A stretch of DNA of 64,000 nucleotides, taken from assembly GCA_037447605.1 (NCBI GenBank), contig CM074820.1, positions 186,001 to 250,000 of the forward strand, in the 5' to 3' direction. The stretch is from Zygnema circumcarinatum SAG 698-1b. Taxonomy: Eukaryota > Plantae > Zygnematophyceae. Positions 27,211-40,006 of the stretch are shown here, in pieces. The first letter of the stretch is position 1, and each line of letters begins with the position of its first letter. A program made the translations under genes and the position numbers. The notes under the pieces are model-generated. The model saw only the letters and a program-made list of their open reading frames with translations, was not told where the DNA came from and searched no databases.

Positions 27211-29654
27211 GGAATGCGCTCTTGAAGAGGGCCAACCGTGTAATTTCTTTTGGGCCCAAGCCTCTTATTTTATTTTTTAAAATTTTGGATAGCAGGTGGC
27301 GAGTCAAAGCTAAAGCTGCAACAGCTTTCCCCTTTGTTCGTGTTTTTTATGATTTTTGTCTTTCCCTTTTGGGGCCGGAGGCCCAGCACAAGTTCTTTAG
27401 GGTAGCGAAATTCCATGGGTATGTGGTGTCTTTAGGGCACTACTGAAATTTCGAGAAATTTTAGCGTTTTTCGTTATTTCTTTGGTTTTTTAGATCCTCA
27501 ACAAATATGCTTCAACAGAAACCCTGAGCAGGTGGAAAGCTACATGTGCTTGTATGCCTTTGCTTTACAACAAAAGCCAGAACATTGGAAAATTTAGTTT
27601 GTAGATAAAAACTACAGGCGTAAGTTTTGCTTCTCAATAATAAATTTTGAACTGTTTTCAAGTATTCGTATCATTCACTTAAAGGAAACCTTCACCTAAT
27701 CTTTGCCTCGCTCTGAGTGGGAGTAAACGAATCGAATTGAGATTGATCAAGGGAAAATGGCAGTGAACTCACGTTGGCGAGGCCATCAAATGTATATGGA
27801 CCAAAGTAGCACGGGGAACCACGAGGGACTGGTCGCAAAGGACCTATATCTGATTGATCTCACAGTGCTGGCGCCATTAAGTAGACATGGACAAGAAAAA
27901 AAGGAAGAACTAATGTCAATCCGATCCGAAACGACCAATGACCTAAAGCAGGACTTCGCTCCAATGTCTGTTTTTAAACCTAGCAATACACTGCTCTAGA
28001 AGGACCTAAAAGTAGAAAAGAGAGTAGAAGAAATTTGCATTGAGCTCACGATGGCGATGATGCCATCAAATGGAGACAGAAAACAGAGGCAGAGAACATG
28101 TTTACATTACTTTTATATGCACAGACGTAGCTTATCCATAAATTACGTTTGAATGCCAATTCCCTCGTTTACCTTGTTTCACATCGCAGGCGAGTCTCTC
28201 TCTCTCTCTCTTCCTCGCTTTTCCGGCCCCTCTGGGCTGTCCGCCCGCCTCGCCTCTCTGCTCACAACCATGGCAGAAACCCCTAACGCTCCGCCTGCCG
28301 CGCTCCATGCACATATAGATCCCGTCACCCACAACTGGACAAAACCAGACCCTGAACCAGAACTGAAATGAAACTGAAACTGAATGTGCTGAAGAACATA
28401 CGGAGCATGTGACATTGATCTCTCGATGGCGATGAAGCCATCAGAAGATGGATGTGGCATCGCATCATTTTTTTTTTTTTTTTTTTTTAAATGTGGCATC
28501 GAGAAGTCCTTTTCATGTGCTTGCGAGTCGCGATCTGAAAGCGGTTGCCCAACCGCGACATGTTCGTACACAATCCGTTATTCGTACGCCCATTGTCCAC
28601 CCGAAACTGTACGAACATGCGTCAGCTATGCCAGCTTGCGCCGTCCCCATCGGGGCCCATCCCCTCCGTCCTTACGGTTCACCCGTACGGACGCCTCTCC
28701 AGTGACGTCAGACTCTACGATCCGCCTTGTCTAAGACGTTTCGGCTCACCGCGTTCGCACAAATGCCGTACATGAATTGTACAAAATTTTTGTTAGAAAG
28801 TGGGATGCCGTGGCAATGAGTGTACGAAACTCGGCCGTACTGCCGGCCTATTTCACTTACGAGCCGAACAGGGGACGCCACGTGTACACGGTTTCCCCCG
28901 TGACGGTCTATGATTTGTCCTATTGAGCCGTCCGAAAGCGGCCATTGACATTTTCAATTAAAGGGGTACAAATTTACGTTTGACTTGGGCCGGCCAAAGA
29001 TTTGACCTGGAAGGTCCCCTCCATCCCCCTCACTCAGAACAGCGAGCAGCCGGAATCCATGGTGGCCTGGAAGACAGCCGTTTGAAGCGCCATGCTGGTA
29101 CATTTTGTGCGACTATCAAGAAATCTGGTATTATATTGATTTTACTACTGTATAAACAGCAGTGGAGGGTGGAATTTGGTCATTTGGTGAAGGTCGGCAT
29201 CGTTGACTTTGTTTTGCTTCCTGTAGGAAAAACTGCAAGGGACATTGCAGTGGCGCTTATTCTGGTCGTTTAGGTTAAATTGGAAGGTTCATGCTTATTA
29301 TTTTTGGCTTTTGATATGGTTTCACGTTCAGGCAAGCTGTTATTTTCGGCAGGAGATTTGTAGGCAAAGTTGCTGAAGGTAGTCTGGTAGTTAGGAGGAA
29401 GGGACCAGCGGTGAACTAGCGGTCGATATTATAAACTGCAGGTGAATGAGAATCTCTGGGACGTGTTTTTCATTTGAAGGCGCTGCGGCAATGACCTGCA
29501 TGCGCTAAATGAGCAGAAACTTGCAGTTTCTAGCATCAGAAGGAGACTGGAACTAAAATTTGCTATATTCTCTGGCCTTTTACTTCCTTGTAAAGGTATT
29601 CAGTGGCTTCCGTGAGTGATGATGTGAAAGTTTATCGTGCACTGGCATATCGAG

Positions 29655-31135
29655 ATGACAATAGATAAGGTTCAGAGGTTATCTGAAGCGTTTAGATCAT
29701 TAGATTTTTCAGAAAAAAGCATGAGTCACCTTTCCCTTGAAAAGATTCCAGCCTTTGGATGTTGGAGCATTTTGGGCAGTCAGAAAGAGAAGCAACTTCA
29801 GCTTTCAGTGGAGCAGCACCTCTTGAATGTTGAAACCGAGGCTGATTCCAAAACTGTGGAGGGTCACTTTGTGGCGCACAAAGACGATGAAGAGCCGTTG
29901 AATGTCAAGGAAAGAGAAAAAAATGTAGATGATGATGAAGTCGGAGATGACGGGGAAGACAAGGATCAAGACAAACGGAAAGACGAAGGCGAAGCAGCTG
30001 AGGGTTCCTTAGACGATGAGACGGAGAATAACAGCTCTTTTGTGCCGCGTTATCAAGTTCGAAAGCCCCTCTTTGTAGCAAGCGGCAGCCTGCTTTACAG
30101 ATATCCTCGACGGAGAAACCGAATTTTGAGATGCGGAAATCTTGCAACCATAGCTGAGTCTGGTGTTCTCCCTCTGCCCTCCAACATAGGGCATGAAAGA
30201 GATGATCTCTGTGATCTGCAATCAACCCCAGCACTCGGCTTTGTGACTCAGAACAAGCTCCGCTGGCTTTCCCATGTTGCCTCTGCGGGAGATGGTCCAG
30301 CACAGACAGTAGCTGAGCAGCACTTTCTTGATGCTCCTCCAACCGAGGGTTTACATGTGAGCGGAAAATGTCAAGAAAGCGGTTCAGCACACCAAAAGAA
30401 GTCGAAAAAAAAGGATTCGGAGTTTGACACAGTGGCTGTCAGTTTTTGGCTCGCTGAGCTGCAGTTTGGCAGCTCTTTGTTGAAGCTGAAAAATGTTGGT
30501 GGAGTCGGCAGGCAGAGGACTTACGTTGTGAAAGTCAACAAAAGCGGTCAAGTGAGTGCTTTTCTCCTCCCGACGATGTAGGACTCTTCTGAACGTAGCT
30601 TGACAGGACTGGCTTTCTTGGTTTCCGTTTTCCATTTTTCTTTATTTTTGCCTTCTCTGCAGCATTCGACATGTTATCGGCGTGTTCAAGTTTTTTGTGA
30701 CTGTAAATATAACTCTGTATTGCCTGCTCTTGATGCGCAGGTGATTTTGAAGTGGACAACGAAGAAACTTTATCGATGGACGGCTCACGCAGGTGAGCAG
30801 ATTGTTCCAAGAATTTGTTGAAATGAGGCTTCTTTCAGAGAAATGGATTAATGAACCCTGCTCAAACTTATTGAAAGGTGGTGTATGTGATCAGCTGATT
30901 CAGGGGCTTGAGTGTGTCTGCAGTTGAATTGAAGGCTACTGAAGTGATCAACGCAGAACAGTTGGAGTTTAGAATGAGCACGAGCAAGGCTGAAATTATA
31001 GCAAGGGCGCCAGATGAAGATACATTCTCTCTATGGACTCACAAAATGGCGTCTATATTCCTCTACACGACAAATTTTTCACAGAGATTTAAGTTGCAAT
31101 TAGTGCTGCCCCCGCGAGAGGAAACAAAGAAATAA
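29655..31135 (+). CDS. Protein with acidic/disordered N-terminus and C-terminal PH-like domain
   Basis: Exons 29655-30550, 30741-30792 and 30924-31135 join in frame: LQFGSSLLKLKNVGGVGRQRTYVVKV..GQVILKWTTKK...EFRMSTSKAEIIARAPDEDTFSLWTHKM. The beta strands and terminal helix with Trp fit a PH fold. Start codon uncertain. Confidence 0.65.
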
Positions 31136-31945
31136 TCTCTCCTCCCTCCGTTCTTTGCCCTTCTTCTTCCCTCTTTAATTTAAGCAGCACGAGGGCCGCG
31201 TGGCTTGGCATCTCGATATCTCCTTTTCTTGCCGTGGAGACTGAAAATCTCTCTCTCAATAAGTGAACGTGCCCAGTATTGTTCATAGAAGGGACCGTTC
31301 CGGGCTGTCATTGCGAAGCAGGGTGTATATATGGCGATGATCTCAATTTTGAAGTTGACATACATGTGCCTGTTGAGCTCCTCCTGGCTGCTGAACGATC
31401 AGACGGTGTTTCGCTTGCAGCTGATTGGAGGGTCGAGGTGGCACAGTTCAAGTTTCGATATGGTTATTCGCGCTTTCAAGATACATAGAAGAGTTGGCAG
31501 CCATGGATCTATATGCATGAAATTGGAAGCTGTAGGAGAAGGCGAGCAGTTGCAGAGGAAGGTTACGGTAGTAGAGGCAAAGATGTCTTTGCTCTCTTTA
31601 TTTTTCCATTTTTTTTCCCTCGTTTGGGAGCGAATGTGGTTACAATATGTTGTATGGGAAATGCAGTGGAGGTTTCTGCAAGAACTTGTCGAAATATTAT
31701 TAAGTAATAAAAGCTGGTTTGGATCGACAATCCAGATACCAGCCTCAAGATATTAGCATGGGATTGGTTGAAGGTTGACTTGTTGGTTGGAAAAAGGGCA
31801 ATAAAAATAGCAAGTTATGAATTTCCCACGAGGATTTTTGCAGGGTTGAGCTTGTTGCTTGCTTGGCTTGAGCTTTCTATTATTCAAGAAAAAAAAAAAA
31901 AAAAAAAAAANNNNNNNNNNAAAAAAAAAAAAAAAAAAAAAAAAA

Positions 31946-32875
31946 GGGTAGTGATATTTCCACCCCTTTTTTGGATCTAAACACCCTTTCCCGGCCGGGC
32001 AGATTTCAAAAGGGATTAAAAACGGAGAATGCCTTTTTCACACCTTTTTGGAATCGATACCCACCCTCCATCGGCAGATTTTATTTTTGCGAAGCAAGAA
32101 AAATGATAACCCGTCACCCCATTTTGAATATCCCGCCTACCTGAATTTCTTTTCTCGCGTGCGGTCAATCGCAGCCGTCGATTCCCTCGCAGATCGCAAC
32201 ACGGCAGATCACTATTTGATCTGCAGCCGGGCTCGGTCACAGCGAATGGCACGTGCCCACGTATCCCGCCAAAGTCGCCTCAAAAGTTGTCCGTACAAAT
32301 GTTGTACGAACGCAACTTTGAGGAACCCAAAATTTCGTACATTGAGAACTTGGACCAATAAAAATTTTCCACGTCAAAAATGTGACACGTGGCAGCTGTT
32401 GATTGGCTGGGAGCTAACAATGACGAGATGGACGCGCGCACTCGCAAGTGCGATCCGGCTTTGATGGGACTCGTGGGCGCTTTCCATTCGCTAAGATCGA
32501 GCCCGGCTGCAGATCGAACGGTGACCTGCAGTGGTGCGATCTGCGAGGGAATCGACAGCTGCGAATTGACACACACGTGTGAAGGACACCCGCGAACGAT
32601 CTCGTTGCGGACGGATCTTCCACTTCGAGCGGATTCGGGCTGGCAGATATTTCTTTCCCTCAAAAAAAAAATTCAGGGAGGCGGGATACAGTATTCAAAA
32701 TGCAGTGACGGGGTATCATTTTCTTGGTTAGCAAAAATAAAATCAGCCGATGGAGGGTGGGTATCGATTCCAAAAAGGTGTGAAAAAAGCATTCTCCGTT
32801 TTTAATCCCTTTTGAAATCTGCCCGGCCGGGAAGGGGTGTTTGGATCCAAAAAAGGGGTGGAAATATCACTACCC
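31946..32875. mobile_element. Non-autonomous Mutator-like (MULE) foldback element with long TIRs
   Basis: Termini gggtagtgatatttccacccc... / ...ggggtggaaatatcactaccc. Inverted identity runs ~190 bp and resumes to ~290 bp. Both flanks are A-runs (right flank exactly A9), consistent with a 9-bp TSD. Confidence 0.85.
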
Positions 32876-33270
32876 AAAAAAAAAGAGGGTTTGATGACTG
32901 GCAGGCAGCCACGTGGGCGGTCAAGTCAAAGGATTGTACGGATGTAAATTATGAAGCGTTCACGTGTCCGCTAGCCGCCACGCCGCCTCGTCCCCAGGAT
33001 TTTGTCCGCTTGTGCCGAAAACGATCCGAATTTACGGCGGCCACTGGGTGCCCCCAAACTGCGGGTCCCCAAAATATGGATAGGACAAACCGGTGACATC
33101 ATTATACGTCAGCGACGGTTCCAAACGGTTTCGACTCAGGACTACCAATTAGGGGTCGCTATTTTAACGCAGTGTTGAATTCCAATCAAAAGTTCTAAGA
33201 GTCAGGTCGTTTTATTAATACACTTTTAGAACGTTCGTACAGTAGCACAGCCACTCTGACGGGCCAGGCG

Positions 33271-34134
33271 CAAGGCTCTTCAAATAGGGGAGATCCCCTA
33301 AATATCGTAAATAGCTTATTTATGTAAGATTTTGAGATTAGTTTACGTGATTTCAACTTAAATACCACACAAGCCCCAAAAAAGCATTTTTTTGATTAAA
33401 AACAAAAAGGAAATGAATTGCATTTGCAACCACGATAGCAATGATGTATATGAACTTTTCTTGTTGGTATAACAACACGGCTTTAGAAACTGGTGCAACC
33501 TCTTCGACTCTTATAGATTGGTAAATTTTACCAATCAATTAGAACAATTGTGCATTTGGCAATCACAACATATAGTTGCTTATTCAAAAACCCAATTGCA
33601 CGGAAACTTTGTAGATCCAATCCTAAGCTCTCTATTTCCTTTTCCATCCATCATTAATTACTCCAAGTATCACTTTAGAATCCATCATAGTCTTGAAATT
33701 TCCTCACCAAAACTCTATTCCAAATCATAACCTTTGAAATTCTAGGTGTTGTCACAAAAGAAAAACTGAAATAGGAACTAAAATTAGAAATGAAATGAAA
33801 AATGGTCTCACTCCCTTAAGAGTTTTAGGCTGAACAAGACAGCTATAGAAGTGATGCAAACTACTCAAAGAGACCCTCGAAGAGCGGTCAAACTATCAAA
33901 CTGTTTGCAGTGAAGAATGCCTTCCAATGAAAAGTCTGTCAACCTCTTTCGAAACTCGTCTTTCTCCCATCCAATTACTGAAAAATCAGACTCGACGGTA
34001 GCAGTGTTGGGAAATGATGAACGTCCGTACGTGCACGGTTTCGTCCGTACAGTCCATATTTACGTGTTTTTACAAAACCAAGTTAGGGGACAGTCCCCTA
34101 TCTTAAGCCGAAATCCCCTATTTGAAGAGCCCTG
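33271..34134. mobile_element. Non-autonomous hAT-like element with possible decayed transposase remnant
   Basis: TIR ca(a/g)ggctcttcaaatagggga at both ends. Flanks ggccaggcg / gcccaggcg form an imperfect 8-9 bp TSD. The minus-strand interior has stop-interrupted NDGWKR and CQMH pieces. Confidence 0.7.
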
Positions 34135-36801
34135 GCCCAGGCGCCATTCGCAAAGCGAAAACCAAACCAGAAACTGACTGCCCGTACATTCGTACATTCG
34201 TACATGTTGTTCAATTCCGGCGCTAGTACGGTCGTTCTAGAAGTATTCTAAAACTCAGAAACTTTTGGATATTAGAACGTTCTAATATTGAAATCTAAAA
34301 CTCGTCCCTTGTACAGACATTTTGCCATAACTACTGTACTACCAACTCCTCTTTTTATGGTCAAGAATCACCCAATCGTGGGCAGCCACATGGCAACTTT
34401 TTACTCCCCAATAATTTTTTGAACTGACCGCCTGTTGGCCCTACGTCCATCCTTCGCCAGCTTGGCCATAAATTCTTGTCCCACATTGTAAATATTTTCA
34501 GCTTTCTATTCTTTACTTCTTATTTTAATTTCCTGAAGTCAAACCTCCCTCCAACTGCCACGCCGGTCTGGCTCCTACGGACCCTCACCAGTTTTGAGTG
34601 GCCGTACAATGCCACCTCAGCATGTTCCAGCCATTCAGAAACAAGCCTTGACTTTCCCAGCCAATAGAAAATAGAGTTGACTTCTTAAGCCAATAAAAAC
34701 GAGAAGAATCTTCCTTTGACCATCACGAGCAAGCTCAACGGCTTGGGAAGGATCGCGTTCTTCCAAGGTCCGCCGCTAAAGACAAACATTAGTTGACAAG
34801 ATAGTGGTTCTCAAATGGGCGGCCGTATTTGTCGTTTTTGAAGTTGCCAACTATCCGCTCGGGGAATGAATCTCGACTGTCCGATCGACTCCGTTCGTAC
34901 GATGACGTGAATGACAACGGTACGGTCAGATGCTGACGGCTGATGATTAGATGGATCATACGAAAAAACTGCACTGTACCGTACGGTACTGAAACCGTAC
35001 AAACGGCAGTCAATGCGGTTACGGAGGGTTAACCGCCTTTACCGCGGCCGACCGGAACCATACGGACGTCACCGTTATCCGGTGACGCGTTATTTGGGTG
35101 CCCGCCGCCTCTGCCCTCGTCGTTGTGCATGTTGGCCTCATACATTCGATACCTCCTGCATTACTACTCTCTCTCCCTCCCTCCCTCCCTCCCTCTTTCT
35201 CTCCCTCTCTCTCCCTCTATCGCTCTTCTATCTCTCCCTTAATCCCTCTCCTTCCCTTTCTCTCTCTCCCACTCTCTCCCTCTCTTCTCTCTCTCTCTTC
35301 TCTCTCTCTCCCTCCCTCCCTCCCTCCNNNNNNNNNNCCTCTCTCTCTTTCTTCTCTCTCCCTCCCCGCTCTCCCCCCCTCCCTCCCTCAATGAGGAACA
35401 AGGAGCTTGACTACGACATCGACAACCTCGTCGCCATCCTCATCGAGCGGCCCTTCCTCCATGGATGCGACCTCTTGAGCTCGGACCTCACCGGCTGCTC
35501 CCTCCTCCCTCCCCGGGAGGGGGACAGGGAGACCTGGACCTTGGACGGCCGTGAACAAAGGGCCGACTCCGAAGGGGGCATGAAACTCATGGTGTTTAGG
35601 AACAACAAGTTGTGGCTCAACATGGGAAAATGAATGCAAGGCCTGGGCACAATCCGGAACAACAACAACAACTTGTCCAGCAACAATGTACATTGTACCA
35701 ATTTGTGAAGTCGAATGTTTCTTTTGTTCGTTGTAAGAAGTTGTCTACATAACAAATTTTTGTAATAGGTTGACTTAGTTAGAAACGGCGACGGCTATCT
35801 TAGATTCGACTGCGTTCGAATCGTTTAAGGGCAGGGCGAGCCAATGTGCGGAGTGGGGCTCCAATTGTAATTTTTTTGTAAAGTAGAAATTGAACTTCAG
35901 TGGTATCCTCTATAGCGTAGATTTTACTTAGAGTAGCGCGTTCTGATTATCTCTGAGACAACTTCTATATCAAAAATGTTTGTAAACATGTGAAAAACGA
36001 ATGAATTTGAAGACGGAAAGCTTGAATTGCCTCCTCAACAAACATTGGAAAGTGAATTTGGGAAATTGGTTCATAAATTAAGAGCAAGAAGCAGTTGAAT
36101 TGCAATGATTAAAACTCCAACTCACAGGATCAACACAGATTGGTTCAATGTTCACGGAGATCCACCGCCTCTTCAAAGTTCAAAGTTGACCTCCTCCAGA
36201 CAAAAATTAGGTCACGCCTTTCTCTGACGACTAGATCGAAAAGATTCGAGCTTTTTCCAGAAGGTGAAATTTTAAATTGGAAAACATATAAACACGACGT
36301 AATGCAAAATTTACGGTGAAGACAAGTGTCCACAACCATGTGCAACGTGACATGTGTCACGAGGAGCCTCCCTCAGCGGTGTCATGCACCGCTTTGCACG
36401 AATTCGTTTGTGGCCAATGGCCGCGCGCCACTTGGCAAATGTGACTTATCGAGGGAAACCGTACGGGGAGAACTCCCGCTGCTCCGAGAATTAGGGTTTG
36501 AAAGTGAAAGGGAAAGAAATTGGGGTTTTGAAATTCGTTGGTTGCTGTGGACATCGTGTCCTCTTTCTGCATCTGATCGTCAACAGTTGGTTCGCTCCGG
36601 CATCATCATCATATGGAAATATATCGTACGGACTCTGTATATTTCTTTTTGCGTTTCCTTCAGCAAACAGCATCAGACAAATAAAGATTGAGCCGCAGAA
36701 AGCTTAATTACTCAGTCTCTACACTTTCTTTCAATCTGTCTCTGTCTGTGTGTGTGCAGGTTCGAAATAAGTCGCCCTTGTTTAAGCTCAGAGCGATTTC
36801 C

Positions 36802-36844
36802 AAACCCTAACCCTAACCCTAACCCTAACCCTCACCCTAACCCT
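36802..36844 (+). promoter_or_regulatory. Telo-box / (CCCTAA)n run in the 5'UTR of the MAPR gene
   Basis: aaaccctaaccctaaccctaaccctaaccctcaccctaaccct just upstream of the ATG. Confidence 0.55.
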
Positions 36845-36857
36845 GCTCCGGTCCTCC

Positions 36858-37193
36858 ATGGCTGATACCTTGTGGCTCGGGGATTTGACCGCGGAGGAGC
36901 TCGCAGCTTATGATGGCTCTGATTCCTCAAAGCCGCTCCTTTTGGCGCTGAAGGAGAACGTTTACAATGTGACGAGTGGAGCTGAATTCTATGGCCCCGA
37001 AGGCTCATATAAAGTCTATGGCGGCCGAGACGCCAGCCGTTCCCTTGCGATTATGTCGCTCAAAATAGAGGACCTTTCCTCTTCTCTCGAGGGCCTGACC
37101 GAGAAGCAGCTCGCAACTTTGGCAAAGTGGGAAGAAAAGTTTCGAAAAAAGTATCCGATTGTTGGCAGGCTCGTGGTGAAGCAGAATGCTTAA
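36858..37193 (+). CDS. Cytochrome b5-like heme/steroid-binding protein (MAPR/MSBP family), single coding exon
   Basis: LTAEELAAYDGSDSSKPLLLALKENVYNVTSGAEFYGPEGSY.VYGGRDASRSLA, W..KF..KYPIVGRLV. A likely 5'UTR intron acceptor lies at ~36759. Confidence 0.93.
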   Translation: MADTLWLGDLTAEELAAYDGSDSSKPLLLALKENVYNVTSGAEFYGPEGSYKVYGGRDASRSLAIMSLKIEDLSSSLEGLTEKQLATLAKWEEKFRKKYPIVGRLVVKQNA

Positions 37194-37403
37194 AACTTGC
37201 ATTTCAAGCTTTTTCTGTTTTTATCTACCCGCCAGAGGCTGCCTAAATCTCCCTTTTTTTTTTTTATGACTCTTGTACATATTGTGGGATAGGATCACTA
37301 CATTTGTAAAAAGGATTCATTTCTAAAAGCTTCATTGTTCGTTTCGTTTCTCTGACTTCTCAAAAGGCAATGACTACCGCTCCAGGGGTTTTATTAAAGT
37401 TTT

Positions 37404-38693
37404 CACAGTTCGGACCAGTGGATCGGCAACCATTGGATAACCATTGGATGGCAATGGTTGGACGTCTACTGGTTGGCAACCAGTCGACTGGTTGCCAACC
37501 AGTGGCATCCACTGGTTCCAAACCAGTCGAATGGTTGTTTCGGTCCGCAACCACTGGTTGGCAACCAGTCGAATGGTTGTTTCGGTCCGCAACCACTGGT
37601 TGGCAACCAGTCGAAATGGTTGCCTACCAGTGGATCCACTAGTTGGCAACCAGTCGACTGGTTTGGAACCAGTGGATGCCACTGGTTGGCAACTAGTCGA
37701 ATGGTTGTTTCGGTCCGGCGGCACTGGTTGGCAACCAGTCGAATGGTTATATCCATTAAATCAAATGGTTGGCAACCATTAAATCACTAGTTGTCAACGG
37801 TTGGCAACCCACCAAAAAACACATACTACCCATTTTTGAGCCCCTACATCTCCCTACACGTTTGACTTACAGTAAACTATTAGTTTCCTCTTTTTAAAGT
37901 AGTTTCCTCTTTTTAAAGTACTCACGGAACCCTAAGCCTAGCCTGAACCCTAAATCTGGACTCCTGCTCCTCCTCGCGATTCTGACTGCTCTCACAAAAC
38001 AAAACAAAATAAATTCAGCAGAGCATGTCCATCCACCCAAGAGAAGAAAATGAGCACAGAAAACACACACATCGCAGTATTCGCATTTTCAGATGATCAC
38101 ATACAGTTGAAAAAAATTCATATCAGAAATTTCAGAGCGTACAGTTTTGCTGAAAATAAAAAGACTGCCAAAAGCAGTGGAAGTTTCAAAAAGAAAATAA
38201 CGAAGCACTTCAAAATTACGAAGGAACGAATTTACGAATTACATATGAAATGAAGTTACAGCTTCAAGACTGAGCCTTCAACTCTAGCCCTTAGACTCTA
38301 CCACACTTTTAAACTCCTAAATGAATACCCCCAGCCTTCCTTACCCACCCTCCCTCTCTCTCTCTCTATCCTCTTTTTCTAAATTTCAGAAATTCAATGG
38401 TTGCCAACCATTGGATCACTGGATCCGAACCAGTCGAATGGTTGTTTCAGTCCTGCGCCACTGGTTCGCAACCAGTCGACTGGTTTGGAACCAGTGGATG
38501 CCACTGGTTCGCAACCAGTAGAATGGTTGTTTCGATCCGGCGGCACTGGTTGGCAACCATCCACTGGTTCCAAACCAGTCGAATGGTTGTTTCGGTCCTG
38601 TGCCACTGGTTGGCAACCAGTCGAATGGTTGTTTCGGTCCGCAACCACTGGTTGCCAACCAGTCGACTGGTTTGTCTAATGGTCCGATCTGTG
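37404..38693. mobile_element. Non-autonomous DNA transposon with CACAG termini, 8-bp TSD and palindromic 42-bp subterminal arrays (P-superfamily-like)
   Basis: TIR CACAG(T/A)TCGGACCA. Perfect TSD AAAGTTTT at 37396-37403 and 38694-38701. Arrays at ~37420-37810 and ~38395-38672. Confidence 0.8.
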
Positions 38694-39325
38694 AAAGTTT
38701 TGGAGCTTCTGATTTGCTGTTCAAATTAATTCAACAATGTTGAATAAGAGATTTGGAGGTTTGGATTTTCTATCATGATGGCTGGTCCACAATTCTGGGC
38801 TTTTAGGGTTTCAACAATTCGCTAACGTTCCTGGTCCAATAGACTCAGAGATTGCTTGTTAAAAAAGACGGGGAATACAAAAAGCGCTTTGGATTTGTGG
38901 TGAATTCCCTCCCTCCCTATCTTGATAAAATAATCTACGAATGCATCCACTCGGCTTGAAAGATCACTCACAAAATTATATACACCAAAAAGCAATGCGT
39001 TCGAGTACGGAAATTTGAAAGCTCGCTACAAGAACATGCGCTTATCAATCGCGGACTGGGGACGGAGAGCGAGCGGAGGCGGGAAGGGAGGGAGAGAGAG
39101 GGGTGGGGAACCAGAAGAAAGAGAGAGGTGGGAGAGCAAGAGTAGAGAGAGAGAAAGGGTTGCGAGAGGAGACGAGGCAGAGGAGGGGGGGGGGTGGTGG
39201 GAGTGCGAGAGGAGTGAAGTGAGAGAGAGGGGTGGGAGGGGGTGAGTGGTGAAGGGAGCGTCTCGGTGGGAAACCGAGAGGAGGGGAGGGAGAGGTGAGG
39301 GAAGATGTTAAGTGAGAGGGCATTG

Positions 39326-39904
39326 CTATAGTTCGCCGGCAGGGAGCTCAGCGAGCTTAGCAGCAGAGCCAAGAATGCGGTCCATGTCATAACGGACTTC
39401 TATGTTCCGAATGCTGTAACCGACCACCATCAGCCAATAGAGAAGCTTCGCCAGCTCAGCAGCTGTAGTATCTGAACTGGCGGTCTGCACGCCGGAAAGA
39501 TTGAGATGAGGAGGAGGAATAAGATTCGTTAATTTGAATGGCTAAAAAACAATGGTTGCGTTTACTTGATTGAAAGAGGAACACAGAACAGTTGAATGCG
39601 GAGTACCTTCAGTTCAACGGCGTCCGTTACGCCTAACAGTCGCTGGATGAAGGCGTTCATGGCTTCCAGAGCATCCTCTCCCGCGCTCGCTGTCAACTCC
39701 TGCACAGGTCGAAAATTTGCAAAAACAAGTTTCAGGAAACATGTATACATTCAGAGAAGACAGGGGGAGGAGGGGGGTGAGAGGAAGGGAAGGGAGGGGG
39801 ATGGGGAGGAGTGAGAGGTAGAGGTTGAGGGAGAGGGAGAGGGGAAAGAGAGAGAGAGAAGAGAGAGAAAGAGAGAGAAAGAGGGAGAGAGAGAGAGAGT
39901 TAGT

Positions 39905-39938
<34 letters not shown>

Positions 39939-39966
39939 AAGAGAAAGAGAGAGAGNNNNNNNNNNA

Positions 39967-40006
<40 letters not shown>

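Noticed and set aside
37410-38680. Palindromic repeat arrays as a CRISPR array or repeat-protein genes
   Set aside because: No unique spacers and no cas genes. The arrays sit inside a TIR/TSD-bounded element, and the 14-aa repeat ORFs appear in all frames.
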